64,000 nt of DNA from a bacterium (GCA_965200245.1 CBDATS010000002.1:1-64000); one strand, 5' to 3'; positions 41,390 through 53,094 are shown, numbered from the stretch's first letter. Notes: generated by a model not told the origin, from the letters alone. Numbers and translations are program-made.

Positions 41390-42172
41390 CTATACATCAT
41401 TCATGAATCTGGCGATGACATCGCCGACAATCCCCGGTTGCTCGAGCATAACCATATGGCCGGCTTGGGGAACAATGAACAATGTCGCGTTCGGAATCCT
41501 CTCGGCCAAAAATTGAGAATATTTTGGAGGCGTTAAAAGATCTTCTTCCCCACACACGATCAGTGCGGGAACAGAGATGCATTCCAGTTTGGAAAGAACA
41601 TCGAATCGATCACACGCCAGGAAATCATGGTGCAGGGTATCCGCATCGCATCGCAACAGACTTCGGGAACTCTCACGGATCAGGGATGGATCCGCCATGG
41701 GCGCAAAAGCATATCCGATGATTTCATCCACGGTATCCACAAAATCGCTCTTGACACCCTCCAAAATTGAGTCTTTCACTCTCAGTTTCGCGCCGGAGCC
41801 AATGAAAATCCCCCCTTTCAGTAGCGTGGCATCCGCCAGAACACTCGCAAGAGTAACGGCACCACCCATTGAATGACCGGCCAGGAACACCCCTTTCAGT
41901 TTTCTGTCATTTATGAATTCCAGGACGACTCGGCTGTATTCTTCGATATCGGAGATTTGGGCTGCTTCAGATTCGCCATGACCAGGCAACTCCAGGGCCA
42001 GGCTGCTTATGCCTCGTCCCGCCATATCCCGCATCAAGGGTATCCAGCTATCCCGACTCCCTCCGGCCCCATGAATACACACGACTACATTGCTTGAAAC
42101 CGGGGGGCCAGCCTCGCAATAGGCGATCCTGTATTCAGATAGATTTAGAGAACCTTTACACAACCAGGGCAA
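41390..42172 (-). CDS. Alpha/beta hydrolase
   Basis: HGAG, GHSMGG, GEED, AGH. Confidence 0.9.
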   Translation of the reverse strand: MPWLCKGSLNLSEYRIAYCEAGPPVSSNVVVCIHGAGGSRDSWIPLMRDMAGRGISSLALELPGHGESEAAQISDIEEYSRVVLEFINDRKLKGVFLAGHSMGGAVTLASVLADATLLKGGIFIGSGAKLRVKDSILEGVKSDFVDTVDEIIGYAFAPMADPSLIRESSRSLLRCDADTLHHDFLACDRFDVLSKLECISVPALIVCGEEDLLTPPKYSQFLAERIPNATLFIVPQAGHMVMLEQPGIVGDVIARFMNDV

Positions 42173-42220
42173 TAAGAGAGCATCCTAACTAGACTATCGT
42201 CGATAGATGAGAGATTCAAT

Positions 42221-42547
42221 TCAAATGGCGCGATCTATGGCGGCCTTCAAATCGGCTTTGGACTTCACTCCCACTACCTGCTCTACGACCTCGCCACCCT
42301 TGAACAACAGCAACGTCGGTATTCCGCGGATGCCGAATCTTGCGGGCATGGATGGATTGTCATCGATATTCAACTTTCCGATGCGCACTTTTCCCTCATA
42401 TTCCTGGGCAAGCGCTTCAACCGTGGGTGCGAGCATTTTGCAAGGAGCACACCACTCCGCCCAAAAATCAACCAAAGTGGGTACATCGGAACCAATCACA
42501 TCCGCTTCGAAATTCTGATCCGTAAACTCGAAAACACCTACCGCCAT
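42221..42547 (-). CDS. trxA: Thioredoxin
   Basis: DFWAEWCAPCK, GIPT. Confidence 0.95.
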   Translation of the reverse strand: MAVGVFEFTDQNFEADVIGSDVPTLVDFWAEWCAPCKMLAPTVEALAQEYEGKVRIGKLNIDDNPSMPARFGIRGIPTLLLFKGGEVVEQVVGVKSKADLKAAIDRAI

Positions 42548-42811
42548 TCTTTTTCCTCCGGGCTCCGAAACTAATCACGCTAGAAAAATTGGACAACATT
42601 CAACAGGTACCGAAAAATCGTTTCATAAAGTCTTGGCTCAGGCGGGCATGCGACTTTTCGGCACATCAAACCCGGAGCATCATTTCCTATTGGTCAATCG
42701 GCGTCAACTCCGCCTGCCTGATCAGATATCAAGCTATCTTGAACCTGCTGCCGATGTCGGATAGCCGCACAAGAAGTGTGGCGCAACCAGAGAGGAGATG
42801 AACAAGAGAAC

Positions 42812-45802
42812 TCAGGACGCCTCTACCGGTTCTTCACCCGGAATCTCGCTAATCAGGACCTGCCTTCTCTTTACGCCATCCGCCGGACCGATAATTCCAT
42901 CCTGTTCCATGCGCTCAATCATACGCGCCGCCCTGTTATAGCCGATTCTCAAATGCCTTTGGATCAGAGAAATAGAAGCCTCGCGCGTCCTGGAAACAAG
43001 CGCAATCGCATCATCATATCTTTCATCATAATCTTCATCATCATTCGATCCGTCCGGTGACGAGCTCTCCTCCTCGGCAAACCAATCCTCCCGGAATACC
43101 GCTTCCCCCTGGGATTTCCAATGCCCAACCAGTTCGGAAATCTCGGCATCCGAAACATATGCCCCATGAATGCGTACGGGAACGCTGGAGCCAGGGGGCA
43201 CGAAAAGCATATCCCCCTTCCCCAGGAGGCGTTCTGCGCCGTTCGCATCCAGGATGGTTCTCGAGTCCGTCCGGGTAGCGACGCGAAGCGCCATTCTTGA
43301 AGGAAAGTTCGCCTTAATCAGACCCGTAAGAACATCCACGGACGGGCGTTGGGTAGCCACCAGCAAATGGATTCCGGAAGCGCGAGCCATTTGAGCCAGT
43401 CGCGTCATCGACTCCTCTACTTCACGTGGCGCAACCATCATGAGATCCGCCAACTCGTCAATCACCACAACAATGTATGGAAGGAAATCAAGAGGGTATT
43501 CCTCACTGGACAGAGGTTCGTTCCATCTCTTTCCGGCCTCCCGTTCACCCAATTGCTTCTCCACAAAAGCATTATAACCCTGGATGTTCCTTACCCCTGC
43601 CTCACTCATCAACCTGTAACGTCGTTCCATCTCCGCCAGGACACCCTTCAAGCCCGCAGAGGCTTTTTTGGGATCCGTCACGACGGGCACGAGTTGATGC
43701 GGAATGCCTTCATAGATTGACAGTTCAAGCATTTTGGGATCGATCATCAAAAAACGAACCTCTCTCGGAGTGCATTTGGCCAAAAGACTGCAAATCATCA
43801 TGTTCAAGGCCACGCTTTTACCGGAACCCGTCGTACCCGCAATCAGGAGATGAGGAATTTTCGCCAGATCGGTAAACGCCGTTCTCCCCAGAATATCCTT
43901 GCCCAGGCCCATTGTAAGTTTGTCTTCAGCTTGATCGAACTCTTTCGAGGAGAGTACTTCCTTCGCAAATACAGCATCACGCTTGTTGTTGGGAATTTCG
44001 ATGCCTACAACCGACTTTCCGGGAATCGGGGCGACGATACGAACACTCAGCGCGGACAAGGCTCTGGCGAGATCATCCGCGAGACCGGCAATTTTTGAAA
44101 CCTTGATTCCCGGCGCAGGATCATACTCAAAACTCGTAATGACCGGACCCGTCTTCACTTCCTGAACTTTTCCGACAACACCAAATTCTTTCAGTGTCCG
44201 TTCCAGAAGCAATGACTTTTCACGTATCCCCGCTTCGTCGACGATGAGCCCACCGGAAGGAGGTTCTGCAAAAATATCCAGCGAAGGGAGAACGTACTCT
44301 CTCCTTGGTTTGACGATTTTTTGCTCCTTTGGCCGATTTTCCGCCTCCGCATCGGAACGAACGAGAGAATCGTCCTGAAGTTCAACGACGTCCGATTCGC
44401 TGGCAGTTCCTATATGTCGAACTTTCAACTTGGCAACCGATTCCATTTCTTCGGTCTCGGTTGCATCTTCAACGCGTGTCGAAGCCGAATCCGGAAGCTT
44501 ATCGAGCAGTTCTTCAAAAGAAAGTTCCTCTTCCATCGGCACGGAAGGTATTTCACCATGCACATCCAGACTCTTCTTTCGCTTGATCCGCAGACCACCG
44601 GGCACCGATTTTCTCTCGGCCTTCACCTGGTTCGCTTCCCCATCCATCCCTTCGAGTGCCATTGGATCCAACTCGTCTGACACGTCACCCGACAAGTCGT
44701 TGCGCGCTCCATTTCCGGCACAGCCCGTGTCATCTTCGTCCTGAAAAACCGTCTCTGGCAACGGCTCCGGCATTGTTTCATCCAAAAGCGTCATCGGAAG
44801 TCTGGTGAGTTCATGTTCCCGCTCGTCAGCCGCCGGGCCGCGCAATACCGGTATCTCCGGCGTCGGATATTTTTTCCCTCCAAACAGGGAAGGACCATCG
44901 TGTGGGATAGATGTTCGAGAAACCTGGGTTTCATTTTTGGGGTTTGACGAGTGCGCTTTTCTCGACTCTGAGATCAACCCTCCAATATCTCTTCTCAAGA
45001 ATGTCACCCCCGGCTTTTCGTTCTCCAATTCATCTTGATCCGAAAAACCCGTCTCTGCGCCCTTATTATTGGCATTCATCTCGTCATATTCATGATATGA
45101 CTCTTTCTCACTCAAACCCGATGGAAAACCTGCGCCTGAAGATGATATTTTTCGGGTCACGAATGCGAATCCTCCCGCTACCCCGAGCACCACCCTTTTG
45201 AAAACCATAAAGAGACGAGAAAAAAACCACCAATGTGCAATTGCCAGCCTCGTAACCATCTTTTTGAATGAAAAACCGGTTATACCGACGAACGAGGTCA
45301 GCAGTACGGAGCTAAGCAAAACCCAACTACCCGCGTCCCCCAGGTAGGAACTCAGCAGCATCACTACGCTATAGCCTACAATTCCACCGGCCAGCGTCGT
45401 GGCCCCAAAAAGAGGATCGGTTTCAAATATCTTGAAGAATAAACCCGAGACACTGAGAAGAAAGAACAAACCGACCAGTTCGCGCCAACTTGGTCGCCAG
45501 GAACGCAAACCTGCAAAGGCAGTTACGCCCCAAACAAGGAATCCAATGGGCAACAATATCGAAAATGCGCCCACTGATTGAACGATCGCGCCAGCGACAT
45601 GTGCGCCTACTGCTCCTCCATAATTTCGAATCCGCCATTTTGAGTTGACGTACGACCCCCAGGAAGGATCGCCGGAATCGAATGTCCACAACGATATCGC
45701 CAGAAAAATTGCGAAACCAACCAGACACAAACCTACGATCTCGTTGGCTCTCTCGGAAAATGGGAAAGGTTCGACCTGCGTGCCCAAGCGACGAGTAGGC
45801 AT
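42812..45802 (-). CDS. ftsK: DNA translocase FtsK
   Basis: N-terminal TM region, long linker, Walker A AGTTGSGKS, IDELADLM, ATQRPS, gamma domain IGYNRAAR. Confidence 0.96.
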   Translation of the reverse strand: MPTRRLGTQVEPFPFSERANEIVGLCLVGFAIFLAISLWTFDSGDPSWGSYVNSKWRIRNYGGAVGAHVAGAIVQSVGAFSILLPIGFLVWGVTAFAGLRSWRPSWRELVGLFFLLSVSGLFFKIFETDPLFGATTLAGGIVGYSVVMLLSSYLGDAGSWVLLSSVLLTSFVGITGFSFKKMVTRLAIAHWWFFSRLFMVFKRVVLGVAGGFAFVTRKISSSGAGFPSGLSEKESYHEYDEMNANNKGAETGFSDQDELENEKPGVTFLRRDIGGLISESRKAHSSNPKNETQVSRTSIPHDGPSLFGGKKYPTPEIPVLRGPAADEREHELTRLPMTLLDETMPEPLPETVFQDEDDTGCAGNGARNDLSGDVSDELDPMALEGMDGEANQVKAERKSVPGGLRIKRKKSLDVHGEIPSVPMEEELSFEELLDKLPDSASTRVEDATETEEMESVAKLKVRHIGTASESDVVELQDDSLVRSDAEAENRPKEQKIVKPRREYVLPSLDIFAEPPSGGLIVDEAGIREKSLLLERTLKEFGVVGKVQEVKTGPVITSFEYDPAPGIKVSKIAGLADDLARALSALSVRIVAPIPGKSVVGIEIPNNKRDAVFAKEVLSSKEFDQAEDKLTMGLGKDILGRTAFTDLAKIPHLLIAGTTGSGKSVALNMMICSLLAKCTPREVRFLMIDPKMLELSIYEGIPHQLVPVVTDPKKASAGLKGVLAEMERRYRLMSEAGVRNIQGYNAFVEKQLGEREAGKRWNEPLSSEEYPLDFLPYIVVVIDELADLMMVAPREVEESMTRLAQMARASGIHLLVATQRPSVDVLTGLIKANFPSRMALRVATRTDSRTILDANGAERLLGKGDMLFVPPGSSVPVRIHGAYVSDAEISELVGHWKSQGEAVFREDWFAEEESSSPDGSNDDEDYDERYDDAIALVSRTREASISLIQRHLRIGYNRAARMIERMEQDGIIGPADGVKRRQVLISEIPGEEPVEAS

Positions 45803-46188
45803 AAACATATTCCTGTACACCCATCCGGTCATGAAATGGGATATAAGTCCTCGGGCGGAGGAAAACCTAGAAACTTTATCAAATATAATTGGGAAAGGCA
45901 AGAAAAGATTGAGGTTAATGATTTTTCGCCAATAAGTCAGTAGCCGTATTCTCCGTCTTTCACATTTTTCAGGCGGAGCCTGTTCACTCGATTTTCAATG
46001 ATTTTGAAGGAAATGCGTCACACCTTCGGGATATGTTTCGAATCAAAGCTTGAAATGTAGTGACAGAAGATTTGTTTTTTCCCTGCGACGAATCACTGTC
46101 AACTTGCAATGGGTTCTACGGAAAGTCACCCAACGCTGCATCGCCAAATTGCAGTCATATGCCTCCCAATGGGGACACCCTCACTACA

Positions 46189-49100
46189 CTATTTTACGCC
46201 GAACAAGTCACGGAGCCCCTTTTGCAAGGTTTCTTCGATCCCTTTTCCGAGTTTTTTGAGCCGGTTTCCCTCGGGACCGGCTTCTTTCTCTGAACCTTTC
46301 TTCGGCAGCGTTTCCCCTCCCTCCGGTTTGGGAACCAGCTTTTGAACACCCTTGATGGCTGCTCCGAGAATACCCGTTACGATATCCTTTACATTCCCTC
46401 CCAAGTTCAGCGCTTTCTTGAGCAGGTTCACAAACAATGACTCCACAATCGCGTCCGGAACATGAAACTCAGGATCATCCAGACTGCCTGTTACCCGAAC
46501 ATTCAGTTTGGTGGTGTCACCCGGCCTCTCGAATAGACGGAATACTGACTTACGGAGTAATTTCACTACGAGATCAATCAAGGGGAATGTCTCGTCAGGT
46601 TTCAGACGTAATCCACTAATTTCTGCAGTTCCCTCTAAATTCAATTGGCTTTTTCTCAACGAATAAGTGGATTTGAAATCCAGCTCGCCACTTGTGATCT
46701 CGGTCCCTCGCATCAATATGGCACTAACACTCTCTTCCTTTTCCTTGTTGTCACGAACATAGGGGGAAATCTTGCGTAAGTCGAAACCCGAGAGATTGAA
46801 TATTCCGTCTACATCTGGAGGCAAAGAGCCAGGGTTCAAATCCGCCTTGACCTGGAAGGAGGGCAACTCCCCGAGCGTCCTGAGTTCCAGGCGCGTTTCA
46901 CGCACGTCTTGAGCCATCAGCGTATCCAGATTCGTGATCGTAAGCCTGGCATCCGGGACTCTCAAAACTACCGGCGGTTTGTCCGCTGCAATGAAATCCT
47001 GAAAATAAAATCCCATTCTGGCAACTTCGAATTTCCCGATTTTCATCACCTGGAAAAGTAACCCTCTTTCTTCTTTTCTGGTCTCCTGGCGTTTCCCGGA
47101 TACGGTTTCTGCATTTGCTGTCGCCGTTTCGAACAATGAGCCAAAATTGGTCTGTCCCTGTTCCTTTCGCACATATCGAACCCTCAATGTATCAATCCGT
47201 ACGCTTGGCGAGCGAATTTCTCCTCTCCATATTGACGGGTAATCCAACGATGCTTTCAAGTTCTGGAGAAATATGTCGGGTTCCGTGTCCGGCTTGCGGA
47301 AATCGATTGTCTTGAGCTTCGCAATCGATATTTTTATCGCATCGTCATCCCCTCGTCCTGAAAAGCTTCCCGTCAACTGCAAATTCGGGTAGGCGGCGTG
47401 GGCGAGTGATGAAAGATTCGCGGCGACCGACCATTTCGTGGAAAGCGACCTCGCTTTCCTGGCGGTTCTCGAAAATTCCATCGACCCATTGGCGGTGCCA
47501 GCCACAGAAATCCCGGACACCGGCGCTCCCAAGGTGCTCTCCGCGAACCGGGCAGCATCCTTGAGGTTCGAAAGCGACCATAGAAACCGACCTGAATTCA
47601 TGCCGTTTATGTTCCAGTCGGAGGGCCTGGATGTCCGTATATTTCCAAACGGCAAATTCAGATTCAGTCTCTGTAGCCTCACGGATCGATTTCGGAAGTC
47701 GTAGAAACCCACTGTCTCGATACGGAACTTGCCCGTACGCAGTGGTCTCCAGTCGCGACTCATCAGAGAATGGAATTTTCCGCTCAGACCTCCGCTCGTG
47801 ACGCCAAGGTTCCAGTTCACCCTTTTCTGGGAAGCGTAAGAAAACTCAATTTTTCCGCTGATCTCTCCGGAAGGATTACGGAATACAGGAGGGATGCTCG
47901 CAAATTTCACCCAAGGGGATATACGGATCGGATCGAATGATGCGGAACCCTTATAGTAAAATCCCGACCCGTCTCTTCTGTCCCTGGTTCCGGAAAGCCG
48001 AATTTTCAGTTTTCTCTTCCGGGTCCCTGGAGTTACAACGCCAGCCACCAATTTGCCCAACCAGACCTCAGCGTCGTTCAAATCGGTGACGTCGATCGTC
48101 AACGAAAATTCATCCCTTCCCCTTTGGTTCCAAAAGGCCTTATGGTCCAAAAAAACTCTCGCAAAGGGAAGCTTCAAATCCAAAGTCTGGATTTCCGCAG
48201 AATCTTTCGAGGCGAGATAGGATCCGTTCGACCGGAGTCTCACGGATTCCAGGGAAACCTGAAGTGGATTATCCACTGAAAAGATACTGGTATTCGCAAC
48301 GAGTTTCCTGCCAAGAATACCCAGCTTCCAGCGCAGGGGACCTTTCGGGCTCAAGTTGACCTGCAATTCACCGCTGACAAGTCCAGTGGCATTTTGTACC
48401 TGCTCCTGCAAGGGAACCCAGTCCAGAAACGACGCTATCGGCAAAAAGGCAAAACGCGTTTTTGCATCAATCTCGAACACCGAGGGATTTTTCCTGTTCC
48501 GTGACACGACAGCGTCCATACGCAACTTCGCATCTCGGGGAACGTCTCCGAAAGATGCCAACCCAAGACGCTCCAACAAATCATTCGCAGATGAGAAATC
48601 AAGCATATCGATGGAAAACTCTGCTTCATCATTGCCATCGATATTCCATTTCGCGGGCTTCAGGAGTTTCGCCGAAGCGAACGACGATTGGATTCGCAAG
48701 GTCTCGACATATGCGGATCCATTCTTCGTTTCGAAATTTCCTCTCGAGTGAAGAATTACCTTTCCCAACTCAACGGCTTTCCAGGAACTCTTCTTGTTCA
48801 TCTTCACGTTTGCACTGAAGTTCCGGGTTTCCAAAGCGGCATCCCACCGCACCCGCTCGCCGGAGACGAAAACCATACGAGCTTTACCGCCCACAGTTCC
48901 CCTGATTTTCGAGATTCGACCCGGAAGGATAAATTTACTGAACCCGGCAATTTCCACCGGATCGAATCGGGAATCCACCTCAACCCAGAAGAAGTCGTTT
49001 GATATCCTGCGATCCCGCTTCGCCGATACGAGAATCCGGGCCGTCGCTCTTTCCTGGAAGCCACGGAGTTTGATTCCCGCTGTCCGGGAAAGCCACTTGC

Positions 49101-50253
49101 CCGCCTCACGCATATCACGAACATTCGCTTCGACATGAATCTGATCCTTTGCCGATACGTTCCAGGACAGGGGCTTCGCCAGCTTTGCATCCAGGAAAGG
49201 AGTATCCACGAACAGAGTCTCCACGCGGACGGAATCATCCAGTGGATTGAAGCGGCCCTTCGTCTTGAGTTTCAATTCTGGCAATGTCAGGCTTCGCCAC
49301 TTGGATATTGGATTCGTCTGGAAATCCGCGTGAATGTTCCGGCCGCTCATGTCGACATCCCAGGCAACCCGTTCTGGGGTGACATAGACGAACTTCAAGG
49401 TCCCCGCAAAAATTCCCTTTTTGAAACGATAGCCCGGTATCACAGGCACCACCGCAGGCAGGAAGGACGAATCCAACAGGGGCACTTCGAACGACGCACG
49501 ATAACCTGGCCCCTCCAGGTTGATCCGCGCATCGCCTTTCAATGCAATGAGTCGCTGCCCGTCCGGCCTCCGGCATTTTCCATCGAGAAAAACATCCAAA
49601 GGCTCGCCTGGCATTATTTTGTCGACCTCGACGTGAGCAAAAGAACATGAACCATCAAAAATCTGTGCGCCGTCTCCGGCATCAAGCCGGAATTCGGTTT
49701 TCACGTCATAAAGGTCGAGTTCGTGAACGATAAAGCTGAACCCTGATTCGTCGCCTTGCGGGACGCTCTCAGACGCCTCGGCTGATTTGATGAACGAAAA
49801 AGTATTCTCGGCACCCACCGAAGCCGTTCTTCCTGTTTCAAGATTCAGGTTGTCGATGATGTCCTGAAAATTGAACCTGCCTTCTGAATTGCGGCGCACG
49901 AGGACGGAAGCATTTCTGATAGTGAGTTGAAGAATACTGATTCGCTTGTAAAGCAGGGTCGACGGGTTTAGCAGTAGTTCAACTTCATCGAGTTGCATGA
50001 AGGGTTTATTGCCCCTCGCCTCTTCTTTTTCCGTTTGTCCTTCGATGACGATTCCAGCCGCCTTGATCTTGAATAATCCCAGTTCCAGTTGCTTGATGGA
50101 AATTTTTCGGCCCAGGATTTTTCGCCCTCCTCGCTCCGCGATTCTGATTGCCTCATCGGAGGAAAGAAAAATTTGTACGGCAACGATTGTCACGACGACC
50201 AGAACGAAACAAACGCCGGCAATCCAAGTCAACCATTTCAGGAACCGATACAT
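46189..50253 (-). CDS. AsmA-like / DUF748-type large envelope protein
   Basis: N-terminal anchor; beta-rich repeats; RRNSEGRFNFQDI; C-terminal VTGSLDDPEF. Confidence 0.75.
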   Translation of the reverse strand: MYRFLKWLTWIAGVCFVLVVVTIVAVQIFLSSDEAIRIAERGGRKILGRKISIKQLELGLFKIKAAGIVIEGQTEKEEARGNKPFMQLDEVELLLNPSTLLYKRISILQLTIRNASVLVRRNSEGRFNFQDIIDNLNLETGRTASVGAENTFSFIKSAEASESVPQGDESGFSFIVHELDLYDVKTEFRLDAGDGAQIFDGSCSFAHVEVDKIMPGEPLDVFLDGKCRRPDGQRLIALKGDARINLEGPGYRASFEVPLLDSSFLPAVVPVIPGYRFKKGIFAGTLKFVYVTPERVAWDVDMSGRNIHADFQTNPISKWRSLTLPELKLKTKGRFNPLDDSVRVETLFVDTPFLDAKLAKPLSWNVSAKDQIHVEANVRDMREAGKWLSRTAGIKLRGFQERATARILVSAKRDRRISNDFFWVEVDSRFDPVEIAGFSKFILPGRISKIRGTVGGKARMVFVSGERVRWDAALETRNFSANVKMNKKSSWKAVELGKVILHSRGNFETKNGSAYVETLRIQSSFASAKLLKPAKWNIDGNDEAEFSIDMLDFSSANDLLERLGLASFGDVPRDAKLRMDAVVSRNRKNPSVFEIDAKTRFAFLPIASFLDWVPLQEQVQNATGLVSGELQVNLSPKGPLRWKLGILGRKLVANTSIFSVDNPLQVSLESVRLRSNGSYLASKDSAEIQTLDLKLPFARVFLDHKAFWNQRGRDEFSLTIDVTDLNDAEVWLGKLVAGVVTPGTRKRKLKIRLSGTRDRRDGSGFYYKGSASFDPIRISPWVKFASIPPVFRNPSGEISGKIEFSYASQKRVNWNLGVTSGGLSGKFHSLMSRDWRPLRTGKFRIETVGFYDFRNRSVRLQRLNLNLPFGNIRTSRPSDWNINGMNSGRFLWSLSNLKDAARFAESTLGAPVSGISVAGTANGSMEFSRTARKARSLSTKWSVAANLSSLAHAAYPNLQLTGSFSGRGDDDAIKISIAKLKTIDFRKPDTEPDIFLQNLKASLDYPSIWRGEIRSPSVRIDTLRVRYVRKEQGQTNFGSLFETATANAETVSGKRQETRKEERGLLFQVMKIGKFEVARMGFYFQDFIAADKPPVVLRVPDARLTITNLDTLMAQDVRETRLELRTLGELPSFQVKADLNPGSLPPDVDGIFNLSGFDLRKISPYVRDNKEKEESVSAILMRGTEITSGELDFKSTYSLRKSQLNLEGTAEISGLRLKPDETFPLIDLVVKLLRKSVFRLFERPGDTTKLNVRVTGSLDDPEFHVPDAIVESLFVNLLKKALNLGGNVKDIVTGILGAAIKGVQKLVPKPEGGETLPKKGSEKEAGPEGNRLKKLGKGIEETLQKGLRDLFGVK

Positions 50254-50409
50254 AGAGGACCCATCGAGGAGAACGAGAAGGTGGCCCAAGAATTCCCAAA
50301 GAATGTATATTTTATACCACTGCCTCTGTTATATATTAGCAAATTGCAATTTTTTTGGGGCCTGCTTATGCCTGAAACTGAATTTCTCTCCCTGTCATGA
50401 AGCGTCGGA

Positions 50410-51705
50410 ATGAATATGAACACCATTGACACGAATACAGATACTCAACGTCCAAAATCAAACCGAGGCCGCGAAGTTTTTTCCTGGTGTATGTATGACT
50501 TTGCGAACTCCGCCTTTCCGACACTCATCGTCACGGTTGCATACAGCGTCTATTTCAAGACTATCGTAGCGGGAGGTGGTGGAAGTGGAGACTTTCTATG
50601 GGGAGTCTCACTCTCTCTGGCCATGATTTTAAGCGTAACCATTACCCCGCCCTTGAGCGCGGTCGCCGACAGGCAAAACGCTCGAAAACGCTTTTTGATT
50701 CTATTTGCTTATATTTCCGTACTGGCTACCGCTTTTTTGTCGAATGTTACCGCTGGCATGATCTTCGCCGGCATGGCACTTTTCATCATTGCTACCGCCG
50801 CATTCGAAGGCTCTCTCATTTTCTACAACTCTTTTTTACCCGACATCTCTACACCGAAAACTATCGGGAAAGTTAGCGGGTGGGGCTGGGGACTTGGGTA
50901 CCTGGGCGGACTGCTTTGCCTTTTTATGGTCAAACCTTTTTTGGCGGGTGGCTTCTCACCGGAAAATCTTCCCTTGTTCCGAATGAGTTTCGTTGTGGTC
51001 GCCGCGTTTTATGGCATCTTCACGCTTCCAGTTGTTTTTTGGTTGCGAGAAACCAGGCCAGAATCCAGAAAACCGAATAAAAATGGCGCTTTCGCCGAAC
51101 TATGGCAAACCCTCAAGGACACAGGAAAAACACCGGGCGCATTCAAGTTCCTGATCGCCTTCTTTCTATACAATGACGGTATTGTCACAGTCATCTCTTT
51201 CAGTTCAATCTATGCGGTTTCTACGCTGAATTTCACTATGGGCGAAGTATTGGGCCTGTTCATCATGGTGCAGGTCTCGGCTGGAGTCGGTGCGTTTGCA
51301 CTCGGGTATCTGGTGGACGCCTGGGGACCGCGGAAGACGATATTGCTAACCCTTGTGAATTGGTGCCTGGTCGTCATCGTGGCCTATTTTACTGAAACGA
51401 AACATGTCTTTCTGGGTGTCTCGTTATTGGCGGGACTATCCCTCGGGTCCAGTCAGTCGGCAAGCCGTGTGCTGATGGCCAACTATATCCCTGAAGAAAA
51501 ATCCGCACAATTATTTTCGTTTTATGGCATTTGCGGCAAAATGAGTTCCGTTCTAGGCCCTCTGGTTTTCGGGGGCGTTTCCGCACTCACCGGAGAACAG
51601 AGGTCGGCAATATTATCCGTACTCGTTTTTTTTGTAGCAGGAGGCGTGTTGCTGTGGCTAACGCCGGAAGCCAGGAAACCGGAATTGCCAGGCAAGGGAG
51701 AATGA
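50410..51705 (+). CDS. MFS transporter (UMF1-like)
   Basis: SWCMYDFANSAF, FYNSFLP, YNDG; about 12 TM segments. Confidence 0.9.
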   Translation: MNMNTIDTNTDTQRPKSNRGREVFSWCMYDFANSAFPTLIVTVAYSVYFKTIVAGGGGSGDFLWGVSLSLAMILSVTITPPLSAVADRQNARKRFLILFAYISVLATAFLSNVTAGMIFAGMALFIIATAAFEGSLIFYNSFLPDISTPKTIGKVSGWGWGLGYLGGLLCLFMVKPFLAGGFSPENLPLFRMSFVVVAAFYGIFTLPVVFWLRETRPESRKPNKNGAFAELWQTLKDTGKTPGAFKFLIAFFLYNDGIVTVISFSSIYAVSTLNFTMGEVLGLFIMVQVSAGVGAFALGYLVDAWGPRKTILLTLVNWCLVVIVAYFTETKHVFLGVSLLAGLSLGSSQSASRVLMANYIPEEKSAQLFSFYGICGKMSSVLGPLVFGGVSALTGEQRSAILSVLVFFVAGGVLLWLTPEARKPELPGKGE

Positions 51706-51780
51706 TGCGCTCGTACGCTCCTGCCAGCCGCGCGATATGCCAGATCTTTTGGTCTCCCTGGGCCATCTCCCGGAGTTGAC

Positions 51781-52146
51781 TTGGATTTTCGTGAACAGAT
51801 TTTCCAGAGACTGATGTTTCATCTTGGTGAAGTCGATGTTTCTAGAGGTACGGTAGATGCCTTCTCGTCTGACATCGTTCACATACTCGACCGAATTACG
51901 CAGGACAGAATTTACGAGGCGGGTGTGCGCCAGATTCTCCAGCGTTACGCCGATGAGTGGGCGGAACAGTCATCCCGGAGAATCCTGGACGCCCAAAGTG
52001 ACGAAGCCACGGAAATCGTCTACGAAATGATCGATCGCCAAGCCAGGAATCGCGCCATTCGCGCAATAAGAAAAGTCTTGCTCGACACGCTGCAAGGCCA
52101 GAAAAAACCATTGGATGATCTCGATTTTTTTGACGAAACAGAATGA
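51781..52146 (+). CDS. Hypothetical protein
   Basis: GGAG RBS before TTG; ATGA overlap with the next gene. Confidence 0.65.
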   Translation: MDFREQIFQRLMFHLGEVDVSRGTVDAFSSDIVHILDRITQDRIYEAGVRQILQRYADEWAEQSSRRILDAQSDEATEIVYEMIDRQARNRAIRAIRKVLLDTLQGQKKPLDDLDFFDETE

Positions 52147-52562
52147 CTGAACAAAAGAGGATCACGATGCCAGAAAAATCTTTAGCGGAACAAATTGCAG
52201 AACGAAGGGGACGCAGATACCCGGCCCATGAATTCATCGCCGAAAAGTTTCCCGACTACATGGAAGCACTTTTGCAACTTGATGAAATCATCCGTGCGAA
52301 AGAGAGAAGGTTCGATGAAGCAATGCACGAATTGTTTCATATCCTGGCTCTTGCCGTCGAGGGTTCCAATCCGCACAACCAGCCACACCTCAAGCAGCAT
52401 CTGAAAAAAGGGCTCAAGTTGGGTCTGCACCCTGAGGAAATCGCGGAGGCACTCATGGTCTGCGTCAATCCGGCGGGTTCCAAAGTGCTCACCTACGGCG
52501 TCACGTGCATGCTGGAGGCAATGGAGGAACTCAAATCCGAGGGCTGGACCTGTCCTGAATGA
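52143..52562 (+). CDS. Carboxymuconolactone decarboxylase (CMD/AhpD-like) protein
   Basis: HELFHILALAV...HLKKGLKLGLHPEEIAEAL. Confidence 0.75.
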   Translation: MTEQKRITMPEKSLAEQIAERRGRRYPAHEFIAEKFPDYMEALLQLDEIIRAKERRFDEAMHELFHILALAVEGSNPHNQPHLKQHLKKGLKLGLHPEEIAEALMVCVNPAGSKVLTYGVTCMLEAMEELKSEGWTCPE

Positions 52563-52596
52563 ATAAAGACTCGCCACACCCTTGCGCTGGTGGCGC

Positions 52597-52926
52597 CTAC
52601 GCTTCCGCTCGAATCGCCTCCTCGCGTAAAGGGGAATATATGCCGAGATACGTGATGGGCGTGGGAGCATCGAGCTGATGCGGTACTCCCCTGGGAATAT
52701 GAACCACCTGGCCCGCTTTCACCTTACGGGTTTGACCTGCAACCGTAAAAGTAGCTTCGCCTTTCATGAGATAAATCAGCTGTTCCACATCATGGCTATG
52801 GTTCTGTTCGGTTCCCCCTTCCCTTTCGATGTACAACATCATCACCTGCTCACCGACAACGAGCCTGCGTTCTCTGCCCGGCATCCTTTGTGGTTCAATT
52901 TCTGTCAGATCGTAGAAATATTGCAT
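52597..52926 (-). CDS. Cupin domain protein
   Basis: HSHDVEQ and IPRGVPH motifs. Confidence 0.88.
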   Translation of the reverse strand: MQYFYDLTEIEPQRMPGRERRLVVGEQVMMLYIEREGGTEQNHSHDVEQLIYLMKGEATFTVAGQTRKVKAGQVVHIPRGVPHQLDAPTPITYLGIYSPLREEAIRAEA

Positions 52927-53094
52927 CCGTTTACTCCTCCAGGCTTTCGTTTTGAATTGATTTTCCGATTGTTCACTTATCCAGCCTCGATCGCAAGGTC
53001 ATCGCAATCCACCTTGCAATCGCATACCTACAATCCCTAGAATCCTGCCCTGTTGTTTCGGCCTCTGCAGGGTTTGATAAAGGACAAATTCTCG